From NCBI GenBank assembly GCA_028875655.1, contig JAPPCX010000039.1:30392-94391 (forward strand): DNA of 64,000 nucleotides. Reading direction: 5' to 3'. The notes under the pieces were generated by a model. It was not told where the DNA came from and searched no databases. It was given only the letters and a program-made list of their open reading frames with translations. Origin of the DNA: Chloroflexota bacterium (lineage in GTDB: Bacteria; Chloroflexota; Dehalococcoidia; Lucifugimonadales; UBA3495). Of the stretch, positions 55,222-64,000 are shown one piece after another. Every line of letters begins with the position of its first letter. The stretch's first letter is position 1. Position numbers and translations under genes: made by a program.

Positions 55222-58032
55222 GTGCCCCTAATGGTAAACAGCGGCCAGATGTCCATGCCGATGTCGTTCGGTGGCGCCGTCAGACAGAACCCGCTCCTGC
55301 TGCTTATCGACGGCCACGCCATGGTCCATCGCTCGTTTCGGGCGATCAGCGTCAGCCGCAACCTCACGGTGTCGTCGTCAGGGGAGGACGTTACCGGAGT
55401 CTATGGGTTCGCCAGCGTTTTCCTGCGCGCGCTGAACGAATGGCAGCCCACACACGTGGCCGTGGCTTTTGACACGCCGACGCCCACGTTCCGACACGAG
55501 CGGTTCGCCGAATACAAGGCGCAACGTCCGCCGAGTCCGCCTGAGTTGCGGCCGCAGTTCAACCGGGTCAAGGAGTTGATGGCGGCGTTCGCGGTGCCGG
55601 TGTACGAACTGCCGGGGTGGGAGGCGGACGACATCATCGGGACGCTGTCCCGGCAGGCGGAAGCGGCCAACGTGGAAACGGTGATCCTGACCGGCGACCG
55701 GGACACTTTCCAGCTGATAACCCCTCACGTGCGGGTGGATCTGGCCAGCAGCGAGCGCGACCGCAGAATCGTGGGCGAGGAAGAACTGGCGGAGCGGTAC
55801 GGCGGGCTTACCGCGGCACAGCAGCCCGATTACAAGGCGCTGGTTGGCGACAAGTCCGACAACATCCCCGGCGTTCCCAGCGTCGGCGACAAGACGGCCA
55901 CCACCCTGCTGAGCAACTACGGCACGCTGGAAGGAATCTACGAACACCTTGAAGAGATTACGCAAAAGCGGGTCAAGAACAGCCTGACGGAAAACGAAGC
56001 GCTGGCCTACGAGTGCCGCTTTCTGACCACCATCGACTGCGCCGCGCCAGTCAGTTTTGACCTGGACGCCAGCGCTTTCTGGAATTACGACCGGGGCGAC
56101 GTGGTGGCGTTGATGACCGCCCTGGAGTTCCACAGCCTGGTGGGGCGCGTTCCCTCTCCCGACGCTCCCTGGGCCACCGCCACGGGGAACTCCGACGCTG
56201 CAATCACAGCATTTGCTGGGGAAGCGCCGGCGCCGGCGGACCACGACTACCACACCGTGACCACAAAGGACGAGCTGGACGCCATGCTGGCTGCCATCCG
56301 GGAGGCCGGCGCGTTCGCCTTTGACACCGAATCCAGCAGCACCGACCCCATGGCCGCCGACCTGGCCGGCCTGAGCTTCGCCGTGGACGGCGGCCTGGCC
56401 TGGTACGTGCCGGTGGGACACGCCGACGGCGAACAGTTGCCGCTGGAGGAAGTGATGGCCGCCGTGCGCCCGCTGTTCACCGCCGAGGGCATGGGCCGCT
56501 GCGCGCACAACGCTAACTACGACCTGACCTTGCTCAGCAACTACGGCATTGACCCTTACGGCGTCATTGACCACGACACCATCATTTCGGCGCACCTGCT
56601 GGGCAAGACCCGGACGCAGTTGGGCCTCAAACCCTTGGCCCTGGAATTCCTGGGCCGCGAAATGACCGAAATCAAGGAACTCATCGGCACGGGCCGCAAC
56701 CAGAAAACGTTTAACGAAGTGGACATCAACGACGCCACGCCGTACGCAGCCGCCGATGCCGACTGCACGTTGCAGCTGCGGCAGAAGTTCGAGCCGCCCC
56801 TGGCAGAGCGGAATCTCAACGGGTTGCTCTCCGACACGGAGTTGCCCCTGATTCCGGTGCTGGTGGAAATGCAGCGCCACGGCGTCAAGCTTGACGCCGG
56901 CATACTGCACGAAATGTCCCGCGACCTGAAAGAGCAGCTGGAGCGGATCGAGACCGACCTGTACGGCGATATCGGCCACACGGTAAACATCAACTCGCCC
57001 AAGCAGTTGAGCGACCTGCTGTTCGGCGAACTGGGGCTGCCCACCACGCGCCGCACCAAGTCGGGGTACTCCACCGACGCCAACGCGCTGGAATCCCTCA
57101 AAGGAATGCACCCGGTGGTGGACCGAATCCTCGACTACCGCCAGGTTGCCAAGCTCAAGTCCACCTACGTGGATGCGCTGCCCGGCATGGTGAACGAGCG
57201 CACCGGGCGCATCCACACGTCATACCACCAGACCGGTTCCGACACCGGGCGGCTTAGCAGCAGCGATCCCAACCTGCAGAACATCCCCATCCGCACCGAG
57301 TTGGGGCGGCAGGTGCGGCGGGCTTTCGTCGCCGACGCCGGCTGCCAACTGCTCTCCGCGGACTATTCGCAGATTGAGCTGCGGGTGCTGGCGCACCTGT
57401 CGCAAGACCCGTCGCTGCTGGAGGCGTTCCGCCGGGGCGAGGACATCCATGCCGCCACCGCCAGCCAGATGTTCAGCGTGCCCATCAATGAAGTGGACGG
57501 CGAACAGCGGCGCATCGCCAAGGTGCTGAACTTCGGCGTGATCTACGGCCTGGGGCCCTACGGAATTTCGCAGCAGACCGGGTTCAGCCGGGAAGAAGGG
57601 CGGCAGTTCATCGATAATTACCTGTCGCAATACCCGGGCATCAACGGCTACCTGGAATCGGTGAAGGACCAGACGCGCGAGACAATGTACGCTGAGACCC
57701 TGCTGGGCCGCCGGCGCTACTTCCCCGACATCCAGTCCACCAACCACAACGTACGGGCCGCCGCCGAGCGCATGGCGATCAACATGCCTATCCAGGGCAC
57801 CGCCGCCGACATCATGAAGAAGGCCATGATCAACGTGCAGGCGCGCATGCAACGCGAGCAGATGCGTTCCCGCATGATTCTACAAGTGCACGACGAGCTG
57901 GTGTTTGAGGTGCCCGACGACGAAATGGACGCCATGAGCGCGCTGGCGCTGGATGAAATGCCGGCGGCGCTTGATTTGGACGTCACGCTGAAGGTGGACG
58001 TGAAATCAGGGTACTCGTGGGGAGATTTCTGA
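55222..58032 (+). CDS. polA: DNA polymerase I
   Basis: 5'-nuclease domain (LLLIDGHAMVHRSF). 3'-5' exonuclease domain with FAFDTESSS. Polymerase motifs LLSADYSQIELRVLAH, RRIAKVLNFGVIYG and QVHDELVFE. The start is GTG 55222 or ATG 55231. Confidence 0.95.
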   Translation: MPLMVNSGQMSMPMSFGGAVRQNPLLLLIDGHAMVHRSFRAISVSRNLTVSSSGEDVTGVYGFASVFLRALNEWQPTHVAVAFDTPTPTFRHERFAEYKAQRPPSPPELRPQFNRVKELMAAFAVPVYELPGWEADDIIGTLSRQAEAANVETVILTGDRDTFQLITPHVRVDLASSERDRRIVGEEELAERYGGLTAAQQPDYKALVGDKSDNIPGVPSVGDKTATTLLSNYGTLEGIYEHLEEITQKRVKNSLTENEALAYECRFLTTIDCAAPVSFDLDASAFWNYDRGDVVALMTALEFHSLVGRVPSPDAPWATATGNSDAAITAFAGEAPAPADHDYHTVTTKDELDAMLAAIREAGAFAFDTESSSTDPMAADLAGLSFAVDGGLAWYVPVGHADGEQLPLEEVMAAVRPLFTAEGMGRCAHNANYDLTLLSNYGIDPYGVIDHDTIISAHLLGKTRTQLGLKPLALEFLGREMTEIKELIGTGRNQKTFNEVDINDATPYAAADADCTLQLRQKFEPPLAERNLNGLLSDTELPLIPVLVEMQRHGVKLDAGILHEMSRDLKEQLERIETDLYGDIGHTVNINSPKQLSDLLFGELGLPTTRRTKSGYSTDANALESLKGMHPVVDRILDYRQVAKLKSTYVDALPGMVNERTGRIHTSYHQTGSDTGRLSSSDPNLQNIPIRTELGRQVRRAFVADAGCQLLSADYSQIELRVLAHLSQDPSLLEAFRRGEDIHAATASQMFSVPINEVDGEQRRIAKVLNFGVIYGLGPYGISQQTGFSREEGRQFIDNYLSQYPGINGYLESVKDQTRETMYAETLLGRRRYFPDIQSTNHNVRAAAERMAINMPIQGTAADIMKKAMINVQARMQREQMRSRMILQVHDELVFEVPDDEMDAMSALALDEMPAALDLDVTLKVDVKSGYSWGDF

Positions 58033-58035
58033 CCT

Positions 58036-58926
58036 ATGGAACTGATGCGCAGCCTGGTGTTCGTACCCGGAAACCGCGCCAACATGCTGGAACGGGCGTT
58101 GGGATTCCACGCCGATATCGTCATGGTTGACCTGGAGGACTCGGTGCCTCCCGGCGAGAAGGGAACGGCTTGCGAGATGGCCGTGGAGTGGGTTCCCAAG
58201 CTGCGGGCCGCCGGGCGGAGGGTGATGGTGCGCGTCAACTCGCTGGACACCGGCCTTACCGCCGGCGAGCTGGCGGCGGTGGTGTCGCCAGACCTGGCCG
58301 GCATCAGCATTGGCAAGGGTGATACGCAGTGGGACTTGCAGCAGGTGGATAGATTGCTGGCGCCGTTGGAAAACAGCGTCGGAATACCGCAGGGGAGCAT
58401 CCGGGTAGTGCCCTGGATTGAAACCGCCATGGCGATTGTTCACGTGTACGAGATGGCCACGGCGTCGCAACGGATCGCCGGTATCGCCTTTGGCGGCGAG
58501 GACTACACCAACGATATGGGGATCATCCGCAACGACTTCGGCGAGGAAAGCTACTTCGCGCGTTCCTCGGTGGCGATAGCGGCCAGGGCCGCCGGCGTGG
58601 CCGGGCTGGACGGGCCATTCGTCGGCTTCCGCGATCCCGATGGTCTCAGAAAGGATGCCGGCGCGGCGCGGCAGATGGGCTACACCGGAAAGTTTGCCAT
58701 CCACCCGTCCCAGATCGACATCATCAACGAAACGTTCTCGCCGAACCCGGAGGACGTGACGTATGCCCGACGGGTCATGGAGGCATGGGAAGAGGCGGAA
58801 GCCGCCGGCCGGGGCTCCCTGTCCATCGACGGGCGAATGGTGGACGTGCCGGTGGTCAAACGGGCGCAGAATCTGCTGGCGCTGGTGGCCGAAATTGAGC
58901 GGCAGACGGCCGCGATCCCGGAGTAG
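58036..58926 (+). CDS. HpcH/HpaI aldolase / citrate lyase beta (CitE)-like protein (acyl-CoA lyase family)
   Basis: LVFVPGNRANMLERAL...DIVMVDLEDSV and the FGGEDYTNDMG pattern. Starts 3 nt after the polA stop. Confidence 0.75.
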   Translation: MELMRSLVFVPGNRANMLERALGFHADIVMVDLEDSVPPGEKGTACEMAVEWVPKLRAAGRRVMVRVNSLDTGLTAGELAAVVSPDLAGISIGKGDTQWDLQQVDRLLAPLENSVGIPQGSIRVVPWIETAMAIVHVYEMATASQRIAGIAFGGEDYTNDMGIIRNDFGEESYFARSSVAIAARAAGVAGLDGPFVGFRDPDGLRKDAGAARQMGYTGKFAIHPSQIDIINETFSPNPEDVTYARRVMEAWEEAEAAGRGSLSIDGRMVDVPVVKRAQNLLALVAEIERQTAAIPE

Positions 58927-58936
58927 CGACCCGCCG

Positions 58937-59305
58937 ATGTCCGCCGACCGGATCATCCTGAACGGGATGCAGTTCTACGGGTTTCACGGGGTGAACGCGG
59001 AGGAGCGCACGCTGGGACAGCCATTCGTGGTTGACCTGGAAGCCGAGTTGGATTTGGAGCCGGCCGGCGCATCGGATAACCTGGCCGATACGGTCAGCTA
59101 CACCCACCTGTATCGGGTAGTTCGGGACGTGATGGAAGGCGAACCGTACCACCTGCTGGAAGCGGCAGCGACGAAAATCGTGGACAGCGTATTCATCCAA
59201 CAGCCGCCGGTTGCCGCCGTGCGCGTGCGGGTGAGCAAACCCCGGCCGCCGATCAGGGGTTCCGTCATTGAGTCCGCGGCGGTTGAGCTATACCGGAGAC
59301 GATAA
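58937..59305 (+). CDS. folB: dihydroneopterin aldolase
   Basis: Trimmed to ATG 58937. IILNGMQFYGFHGVNAEERTLGQPFVVDL is a classic FolB N-terminus. Confidence 0.85.
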   Translation: MSADRIILNGMQFYGFHGVNAEERTLGQPFVVDLEAELDLEPAGASDNLADTVSYTHLYRVVRDVMEGEPYHLLEAAATKIVDSVFIQQPPVAAVRVRVSKPRPPIRGSVIESAAVELYRRR

Positions 59306-59319
59306 GGGAGTTGATTGCC

Positions 59320-60945
59320 ATGACGACGGCGGACAATGCGAGCGTAGCCTTGCGGTTCAACGAGGCCACCAAGCTCCAGTACATCAACCTGGACAACAAG
59401 CCCCCGCTCTACAAGGTTTACCCTGGCCTCCGCGCCATCGGCCTGCCTGATGTCTCCGATCAACCGGGCCCTCAGACGCCAACCCTGGCTGCCATTCGAG
59501 GCGACGATGCCGGCGATCAAACCGGGCCGCTGACGCTGGAAAAGTTGACCAGCCTGTTGTACCACTCCGCCGCCGTAATCCGCCGCCGCCAACTCAGCGA
59601 TGGCGAAGTGCACTACCGGGCCGCGGCGTCCGCCGGCGCCCTGTACCCCACGGAAATCTACGTAGTATGCGGCGACCTCGAAGGCTTGCGGGCCGGCGTC
59701 TATCATTTCAACCCCCGTGATTGCACGCTAGCCCGGTTGCGCAACGGCGATCTGCGGCGGTGGGTGGCCAGCGCTGTTGGCGACCACGCGGCGTATCCCG
59801 CCACCCTGGTGTTCACGACGGTTTTCTGGCGCAGCGCGTGGAAGTACCGGGAGCGCGGCTATCGATACTGCTACTGGGACCTGGGGACGGTGTCCTCCAA
59901 CCTGCTGGCTGCGGCCAACGCGGAAGCGGTTCCGGTCAAACTGAACTTCGGATTCGTAGATCGAATGCTGACCGGGTATTTCGGGATTGACGGAATCACC
60001 GAAGCCCCGTCCCTGGTGGCTTCTGTGGGCGCTCCCGACGGTATGTTGCCCGATGGTCCCGGCGACGTGCCGGGCGCACTGCCTCAGGAGAGCAACGACC
60101 TGACCGCCGGCGCAATTGACTACCCCATGAGCGCCCAGGTCCATGCCGCGGTGTTCTTGCAGACCCACGACGATCTGTCGAACTGGAACGAGGCTGCAGC
60201 CGGACTGTCTCAATCCGAAAAAGACGAGCTCGACGGCACCGGCGACACGTTCCGGCCTCTGCGTTCCGGAAACGACGGCGCGTTCGACGGCAACGTTGAT
60301 TTAAGCGCGCTTGCGTCCACGCCGCTGGCCGATTGCATCAGATCCCGCGGATCCACTCGTAGATTCTCACGGGAGGCTATCCCGTGGGAAGCGTTCCGCA
60401 GCGTGGTGGATGCGGCGGGCAGCGCGATCAACGCGCCGGGCCTGGAAAGCGGTTTCAGCCCGAACTTGGGGCTGTACTTCATAGTCAACGCGGTCGAGGG
60501 GTTGGAACCCGGCGCGTATTACTACAACCCCTTTTACAACGGCCTCCGGCTCCTGAAAGCCGGCGATTTCCGCGAGATGGCCGGACACTTGGGATTCGAG
60601 CAGGCGTTGCCAGCGGACGCCGCCGCGGTCGCGTTTATCACCGCCGACCTGCAGGAGATTGACCGCGACCTTGGGCCGAGGGGCTACCGGATGGTTCAAA
60701 CCGTCGCCGGCATCATTGGCGGGCGGCTGTATCTGGGTATGCACGCGCTGGGGCTGGGCGCTACCGGCCTGACATTTTACGATGACAGCGTGGTGGAGTT
60801 TTTCTCGCCGCACGCGGCGGGTCGGTCGGCGGTGTTCGTCGTCCCCATGGGCGTTCCGGCCAGGCCCAACCGTGTGCGCCCGTTCCGCTCGCAGATCGCC
60901 GTCAGCCTGGACTCCCGCGCACGGGGCGCCGGGCAGGAAGGGTAG
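59320..60945 (+). CDS. two-domain SagB/ThcOx-type nitroreductase-family dehydrogenase
   Basis: AAGGGAG SD before ATG 59320. AASAGALYPTEIYVV...GVYHFNP is the SagB-type domain signature. A second nitroreductase-like half follows (RGSTRRF...GAYYYNP). Confidence 0.65.
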   Translation: MTTADNASVALRFNEATKLQYINLDNKPPLYKVYPGLRAIGLPDVSDQPGPQTPTLAAIRGDDAGDQTGPLTLEKLTSLLYHSAAVIRRRQLSDGEVHYRAAASAGALYPTEIYVVCGDLEGLRAGVYHFNPRDCTLARLRNGDLRRWVASAVGDHAAYPATLVFTTVFWRSAWKYRERGYRYCYWDLGTVSSNLLAAANAEAVPVKLNFGFVDRMLTGYFGIDGITEAPSLVASVGAPDGMLPDGPGDVPGALPQESNDLTAGAIDYPMSAQVHAAVFLQTHDDLSNWNEAAAGLSQSEKDELDGTGDTFRPLRSGNDGAFDGNVDLSALASTPLADCIRSRGSTRRFSREAIPWEAFRSVVDAAGSAINAPGLESGFSPNLGLYFIVNAVEGLEPGAYYYNPFYNGLRLLKAGDFREMAGHLGFEQALPADAAAVAFITADLQEIDRDLGPRGYRMVQTVAGIIGGRLYLGMHALGLGATGLTFYDDSVVEFFSPHAAGRSAVFVVPMGVPARPNRVRPFRSQIAVSLDSRARGAGQEG

Positions 60946-60948
60946 CGG

Positions 60949-61899
60949 CTATTCCCAATCATCCTCTTGCGGCGGCGTAACAATCTGGAGAACGGGGTCG
61001 CCGTCAACGTCGTCGGTGTCCAATACGGGGACCTCGACGCTGGAGTCATCGGCGTCATCATCGATTTCGTCGGTGGCGAGCGCCGGCAGCGCGTCCTCCG
61101 GTTCCGGTTCGGCGGCAGGGTCGATGACCAAGCCCAGGGTTTCGGCGCTCTCTGCGAGGTCGTCGCCGGTGTAGTCAAGATCGCGGCCGTCCGGTTCGCC
61201 GTCGCTGCGGCGGACGGGAGGAAAGGACACCACGTTGCGCAAAGACGGGTGTTGACGGGTCTCCCGGATGACGATGGAGACTGCCTCCCCGTCGATGCTG
61301 ACGATGGCCGCGCCGTAACGGTTCCCTCCGTCCATCAGCTTGCGCAGGCGTCGAGCCAGGCGAGGCTCCACCGATCCTAACCGCTGGTTATCGACGGAAT
61401 ACGCCACCACCGAGTCGCCGCGTATCGAAAGGGTTGCCGTGCCTCCGGCAACAATGCCGGCCAGAGCGGAGGCGTCGCCCGTTGGCCGCAGCGTCGTGGT
61501 GCAGGACTTGCCGCCCTCCCCGATGAACAGGGGCGACAGTTCCGCGACGCTGGCGGGCGGGGACTGACGAGATGCGCCGGCGGATTCCAGTTTTTCGAGG
61601 CGAGCCAGATTCTTGCGGGCAATGTTGTTGTTGGGGTGCTTGACGCGCAGGTCATTCAGGACCGTTCGCGCCGTCGCATAGTCCGCCAACTCCATCAGGG
61701 CCTTGGCCAAACGGTTGGCGGTCTCGCAATCGTCCGGATAAAGCTCAAGGATTGCACGGTTCAGTTCCGCCGCTCTAGCCCACTGGCCGTCGAGGGCGAG
61801 TTTGACCGCGTCTTTGCCCAGGTTGATACGAAATCGGCTTGCCGTCATCGTTCTCTGGCTTGAATTCGTCCCCGAACTCGCTCTGTGTTGGACCATCAT
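60949..61899 (-). CDS. TPR-containing protein with central HIRAN-like segment and highly acidic C-terminal tail
   Basis: Trimmed to ATG 61899 (GAAGGGA upstream). TPR-like helices appear in the first 100 aa. The tail is DEIDDDADDSSVEVPVLDTDDVDGD. The HIRAN-like call is tentative. Confidence 0.5.
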   Translation of the reverse strand: MMVQHRASSGTNSSQRTMTASRFRINLGKDAVKLALDGQWARAAELNRAILELYPDDCETANRLAKALMELADYATARTVLNDLRVKHPNNNIARKNLARLEKLESAGASRQSPPASVAELSPLFIGEGGKSCTTTLRPTGDASALAGIVAGGTATLSIRGDSVVAYSVDNQRLGSVEPRLARRLRKLMDGGNRYGAAIVSIDGEAVSIVIRETRQHPSLRNVVSFPPVRRSDGEPDGRDLDYTGDDLAESAETLGLVIDPAAEPEPEDALPALATDEIDDDADDSSVEVPVLDTDDVDGDPVLQIVTPPQEDDWE

Positions 61900-62069
61900 G
61901 GCTATTCCCTTCAATCGAATCCGGTTCTCGTAAGTTATATTCCATACCGTAGGCCATAGCATTACACAGGCGCGGGCGCGGGCGTCAATGAAACGATGGG
62001 CAGATTTGGGCAAATTATTGAAATTTAGCAACTTGCCAGGCTTTTCAGCCACAGCTGCGAATTCCGATA

Positions 62070-62097
62070 CTGGATTCCCGCTTTCCCGGGAATGCCG
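62070..62097. repeat. REP-like element family A (head only, degenerate)
   Basis: CTGGATTCCCGCTTTCCCGGGAATGCCG. Confidence 0.7.
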
Positions 62098-62122
62098 AGT
62101 TGAAGTCAAAGTGCCAAATGGC

Positions 62123-62845
62123 CTATCCGTATTTACCGGTAAACCATCGCCATCGGATGAGAAACAAATCCCGGAGCGTTCGCCACCCGTCACGAAATGG
62201 TCGCACCTTGCTCTCCGCCCGGTAATGCCAGTCAATGCCGACCTCGGCGGTGGTGAAGTTGCGCTTGCGGGCCAGGAACAGAATCTCCGCGTCAAAGGCG
62301 AACCCATCCAGCGTTTGCGCTGGAAACAGCCCCTCTGCCGCCGGCTCCGTAAATATCTTGAACCCGCACTGGGTGTCAGCTATGCCCGGGGTAGCCAGCA
62401 ACCGGGTAAAGACATTGAAAACCCGGCCCATTAACCGCCGGCCATGCGGTTCGCCAATGCGCCGCGCTCCGGGGGCCTCCCGGGAGCCGATCACTATGTC
62501 GGCATCCGGCGCGTCGGGTGGCAGCAGCCGGCCCAGCAGTTCGATGGGCATGGACAAATCGGCGTCGCAAAGGAAACGAAATTCGCCGTGCGCGGCGAGC
62601 ATGCCCTGTTTCACCGCCGCGCCCTTGCCCCGGTGCAAGTAGGTATGCACGTCGAAACCCGGGTGTGTCCGCCCAAAGTCCCGGACGATGGCCGGCGTGT
62701 CGTCCTCGCTGCCGTCATCGGCTACGATGACTTCCCAGGTGTAGGGGCGGCTACCGAGGTAGTCGTTCAGCGTGGTCAGGGTTTGCGGCAGCCTCCCCGC
62801 TTCGTTATAGGCGGGGATCACCACCGAAAGGTAACAGGACGACAT
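62123..62845 (-). CDS. family 2 glycosyltransferase (polyprenol-phosphate hexosyltransferase-like)
   Basis: LSVVIPAYNEAGRLPQTL and the ADDGSEDDT...DADLS pattern. 240 aa. Confidence 0.8.
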   Translation of the reverse strand: MSSCYLSVVIPAYNEAGRLPQTLTTLNDYLGSRPYTWEVIVADDGSEDDTPAIVRDFGRTHPGFDVHTYLHRGKGAAVKQGMLAAHGEFRFLCDADLSMPIELLGRLLPPDAPDADIVIGSREAPGARRIGEPHGRRLMGRVFNVFTRLLATPGIADTQCGFKIFTEPAAEGLFPAQTLDGFAFDAEILFLARKRNFTTAEVGIDWHYRAESKVRPFRDGWRTLRDLFLIRWRWFTGKYG

Positions 62846-62865
62846 TGCGGGAGGCCACGGAACGG

Positions 62866-64000
62866 CTAACCTTCGTCCAGCTCAAAACCCCGGTGCAGCA
62901 GGCGGACGGCCTCGTGGGCCTGCTCCCGGCCGATGATGCACGATATGCGAATCTCCGAGGTGGTAATCATGTCGATGTTGATGCCACCGTCGGCGAGGAT
63001 CCGAAACATCCGGGATGCGTAGCCCGGCGTGTTCTGCATCCCGGAACCCACCACGCTCACGGATGCCAGCGAGCTGTCGCTGATCACCTGGGCCGCGCTC
63101 AAGGCGGGCGCCATGGACGACAGCCGGCGCAGGGTTTGGGGCAGGTCGTCGGTGGTGACCGTGAAGCTGATGTCGGTGGTGGTCCGGTCGGCGCTGGTAT
63201 TCTGTACGATGGTGTCCACGCTGATGCCGGAGGCGGCCAGCGGCTCGAACAGCGCCGCCGCGACGCCCGGCTTGTCCTCCACGCCGCAGACGGTGACTTT
63301 GGCCACGTTGGTCTGATAGGCGATTCCTGTTACTTTGATGCGGTCTTCCATGAGCGCCTCATCCGAAGGTTGTTGGATCATTGTGCCGGGGGCGTCGGTG
63401 AAACTGGACGCGACGTAAATGGGCACCTTATACACCGCGCCCAACTCTATTGACCGGGGGTGCATTTTCGCGCCGGCGGCGGCCAATTCCAGCATTTCAT
63501 CGTATGCGACTTCAGATAGCTTGGCCGCCTTGCTCACCACACGCGGGTCGGCGGTGTAAATCCCCTCCACGTCGGTGTAGATATCGCACCGGTCAGCTTC
63601 AAGGGCGGCTGCCAAGGCGACGGCGGTGGTATCCGAACCACCGCGGCCCAGCGTGGTAATGTCCTCGTCCGGGGTCAGGCCCTGGAAGCCGGCTACGATC
63701 ACGAGCCTTCCCTTGGCCAGTTCGTGCTGCAAGCGGGCCGGGTCCACCTCGCTGATGCGCGCGCGGCCGTAGGCATTGTCGGTGCGGATACCGGCTTGCG
63801 GCCCACTCAGGCTGATGGCGTCGTAGCCGAGACTGCGCAGCGCCATGGACAAGAGCGTGATCGAGACCAGTTCCCCGGTGGACAGCAACAGGTCGAGTTC
63901 TCGTGGGTCGGGTTCGGGGGTGACCGTCCGCGCCAGGTCGATAAGTTCATCGGTGGTATCACCCATTGCGGACACCACGGTGACCACCTGGTGGCCGGCA
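62866..64000 (-). CDS. lysC: aspartate kinase (N-terminus outside window)
   Basis: VVSAMGDTTDELI, TLGRGGSDTTAVALAAAL and two C-terminal ACT domains. The frame is open to the window edge. Confidence 0.9.
   Translation of the reverse strand, partial: AGHQVVTVVSAMGDTTDELIDLARTVTPEPDPRELDLLLSTGELVSITLLSMALRSLGYDAISLSGPQAGIRTDNAYGRARISEVDPARLQHELAKGRLVIVAGFQGLTPDEDITTLGRGGSDTTAVALAAALEADRCDIYTDVEGIYTADPRVVSKAAKLSEVAYDEMLELAAAGAKMHPRSIELGAVYKVPIYVASSFTDAPGTMIQQPSDEALMEDRIKVTGIAYQTNVAKVTVCGVEDKPGVAAALFEPLAASGISVDTIVQNTSADRTTTDISFTVTTDDLPQTLRRLSSMAPALSAAQVISDSSLASVSVVGSGMQNTPGYASRMFRILADGGINIDMITTSEIRISCIIGREQAHEAVRLLHRGFELDEG

Noticed and set aside
59320-60945. Calling a TOMM/RiPP biosynthetic cluster on the basis of the SagB-type dehydrogenase
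   Set aside because: No YcaO cyclodehydratase, E1-like partner, precursor peptide or transporter lies nearby. The neighbours are polA, citE-like and folB.

Overview
High-GC bacterial chromosomal segment with about 55 protein genes, one tRNA-Ser and no rRNA or CRISPR. The gene content suggests a Chloroflexota/SAR202-like organism, by inference only: F420-type LLM and PPOX enzymes, split transketolase, CoxM/S/L-like molybdoenzyme, Rieske oxygenase, a DUF1501/DUF1800 pair, lipoprotein solute-binding proteins with Pro/Ala/Gln linkers, and very dense REP-like palindromes. Most of the window is housekeeping: gltA, ffh, ileS, thiD, thiE, polA, mutM, folB, lysC, and a mug-thpR-alkA repair operon. A tandemly duplicated peptide/opine-type ABC importer is also present. 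Five items deserve a second look. (1) A 1.18-kb AT-richer cassette at 8616-9795 has 36-nt terminal inverted repeats and an 8-bp target-site duplication. It carries two divergent unassignable ORFs and no recognisable transposase. (2) Two ORFs at 49409-49972 are really one reading frame with an in-frame TGA inside a U-G-G-C motif, followed by an fdhF-like SECIS hairpin. It is a probable selenoprotein, paired with an uncharacterised 345-aa gene. (3) A single 698-aa ORF fuses a DapA-type aldolase, an MfnB-type 4-HFC-P synthase and a TusA-like domain. (4) An SbcC/Rad50-like zinc-hook ATPase has no SbcD partner. (5) At least nine copies of one REP-like element family plus a second palindrome family fill intergenic gaps, including every intercistronic gap of the coxMSL-like operon. 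All family assignments come from reading motifs by eye. No searches were run.
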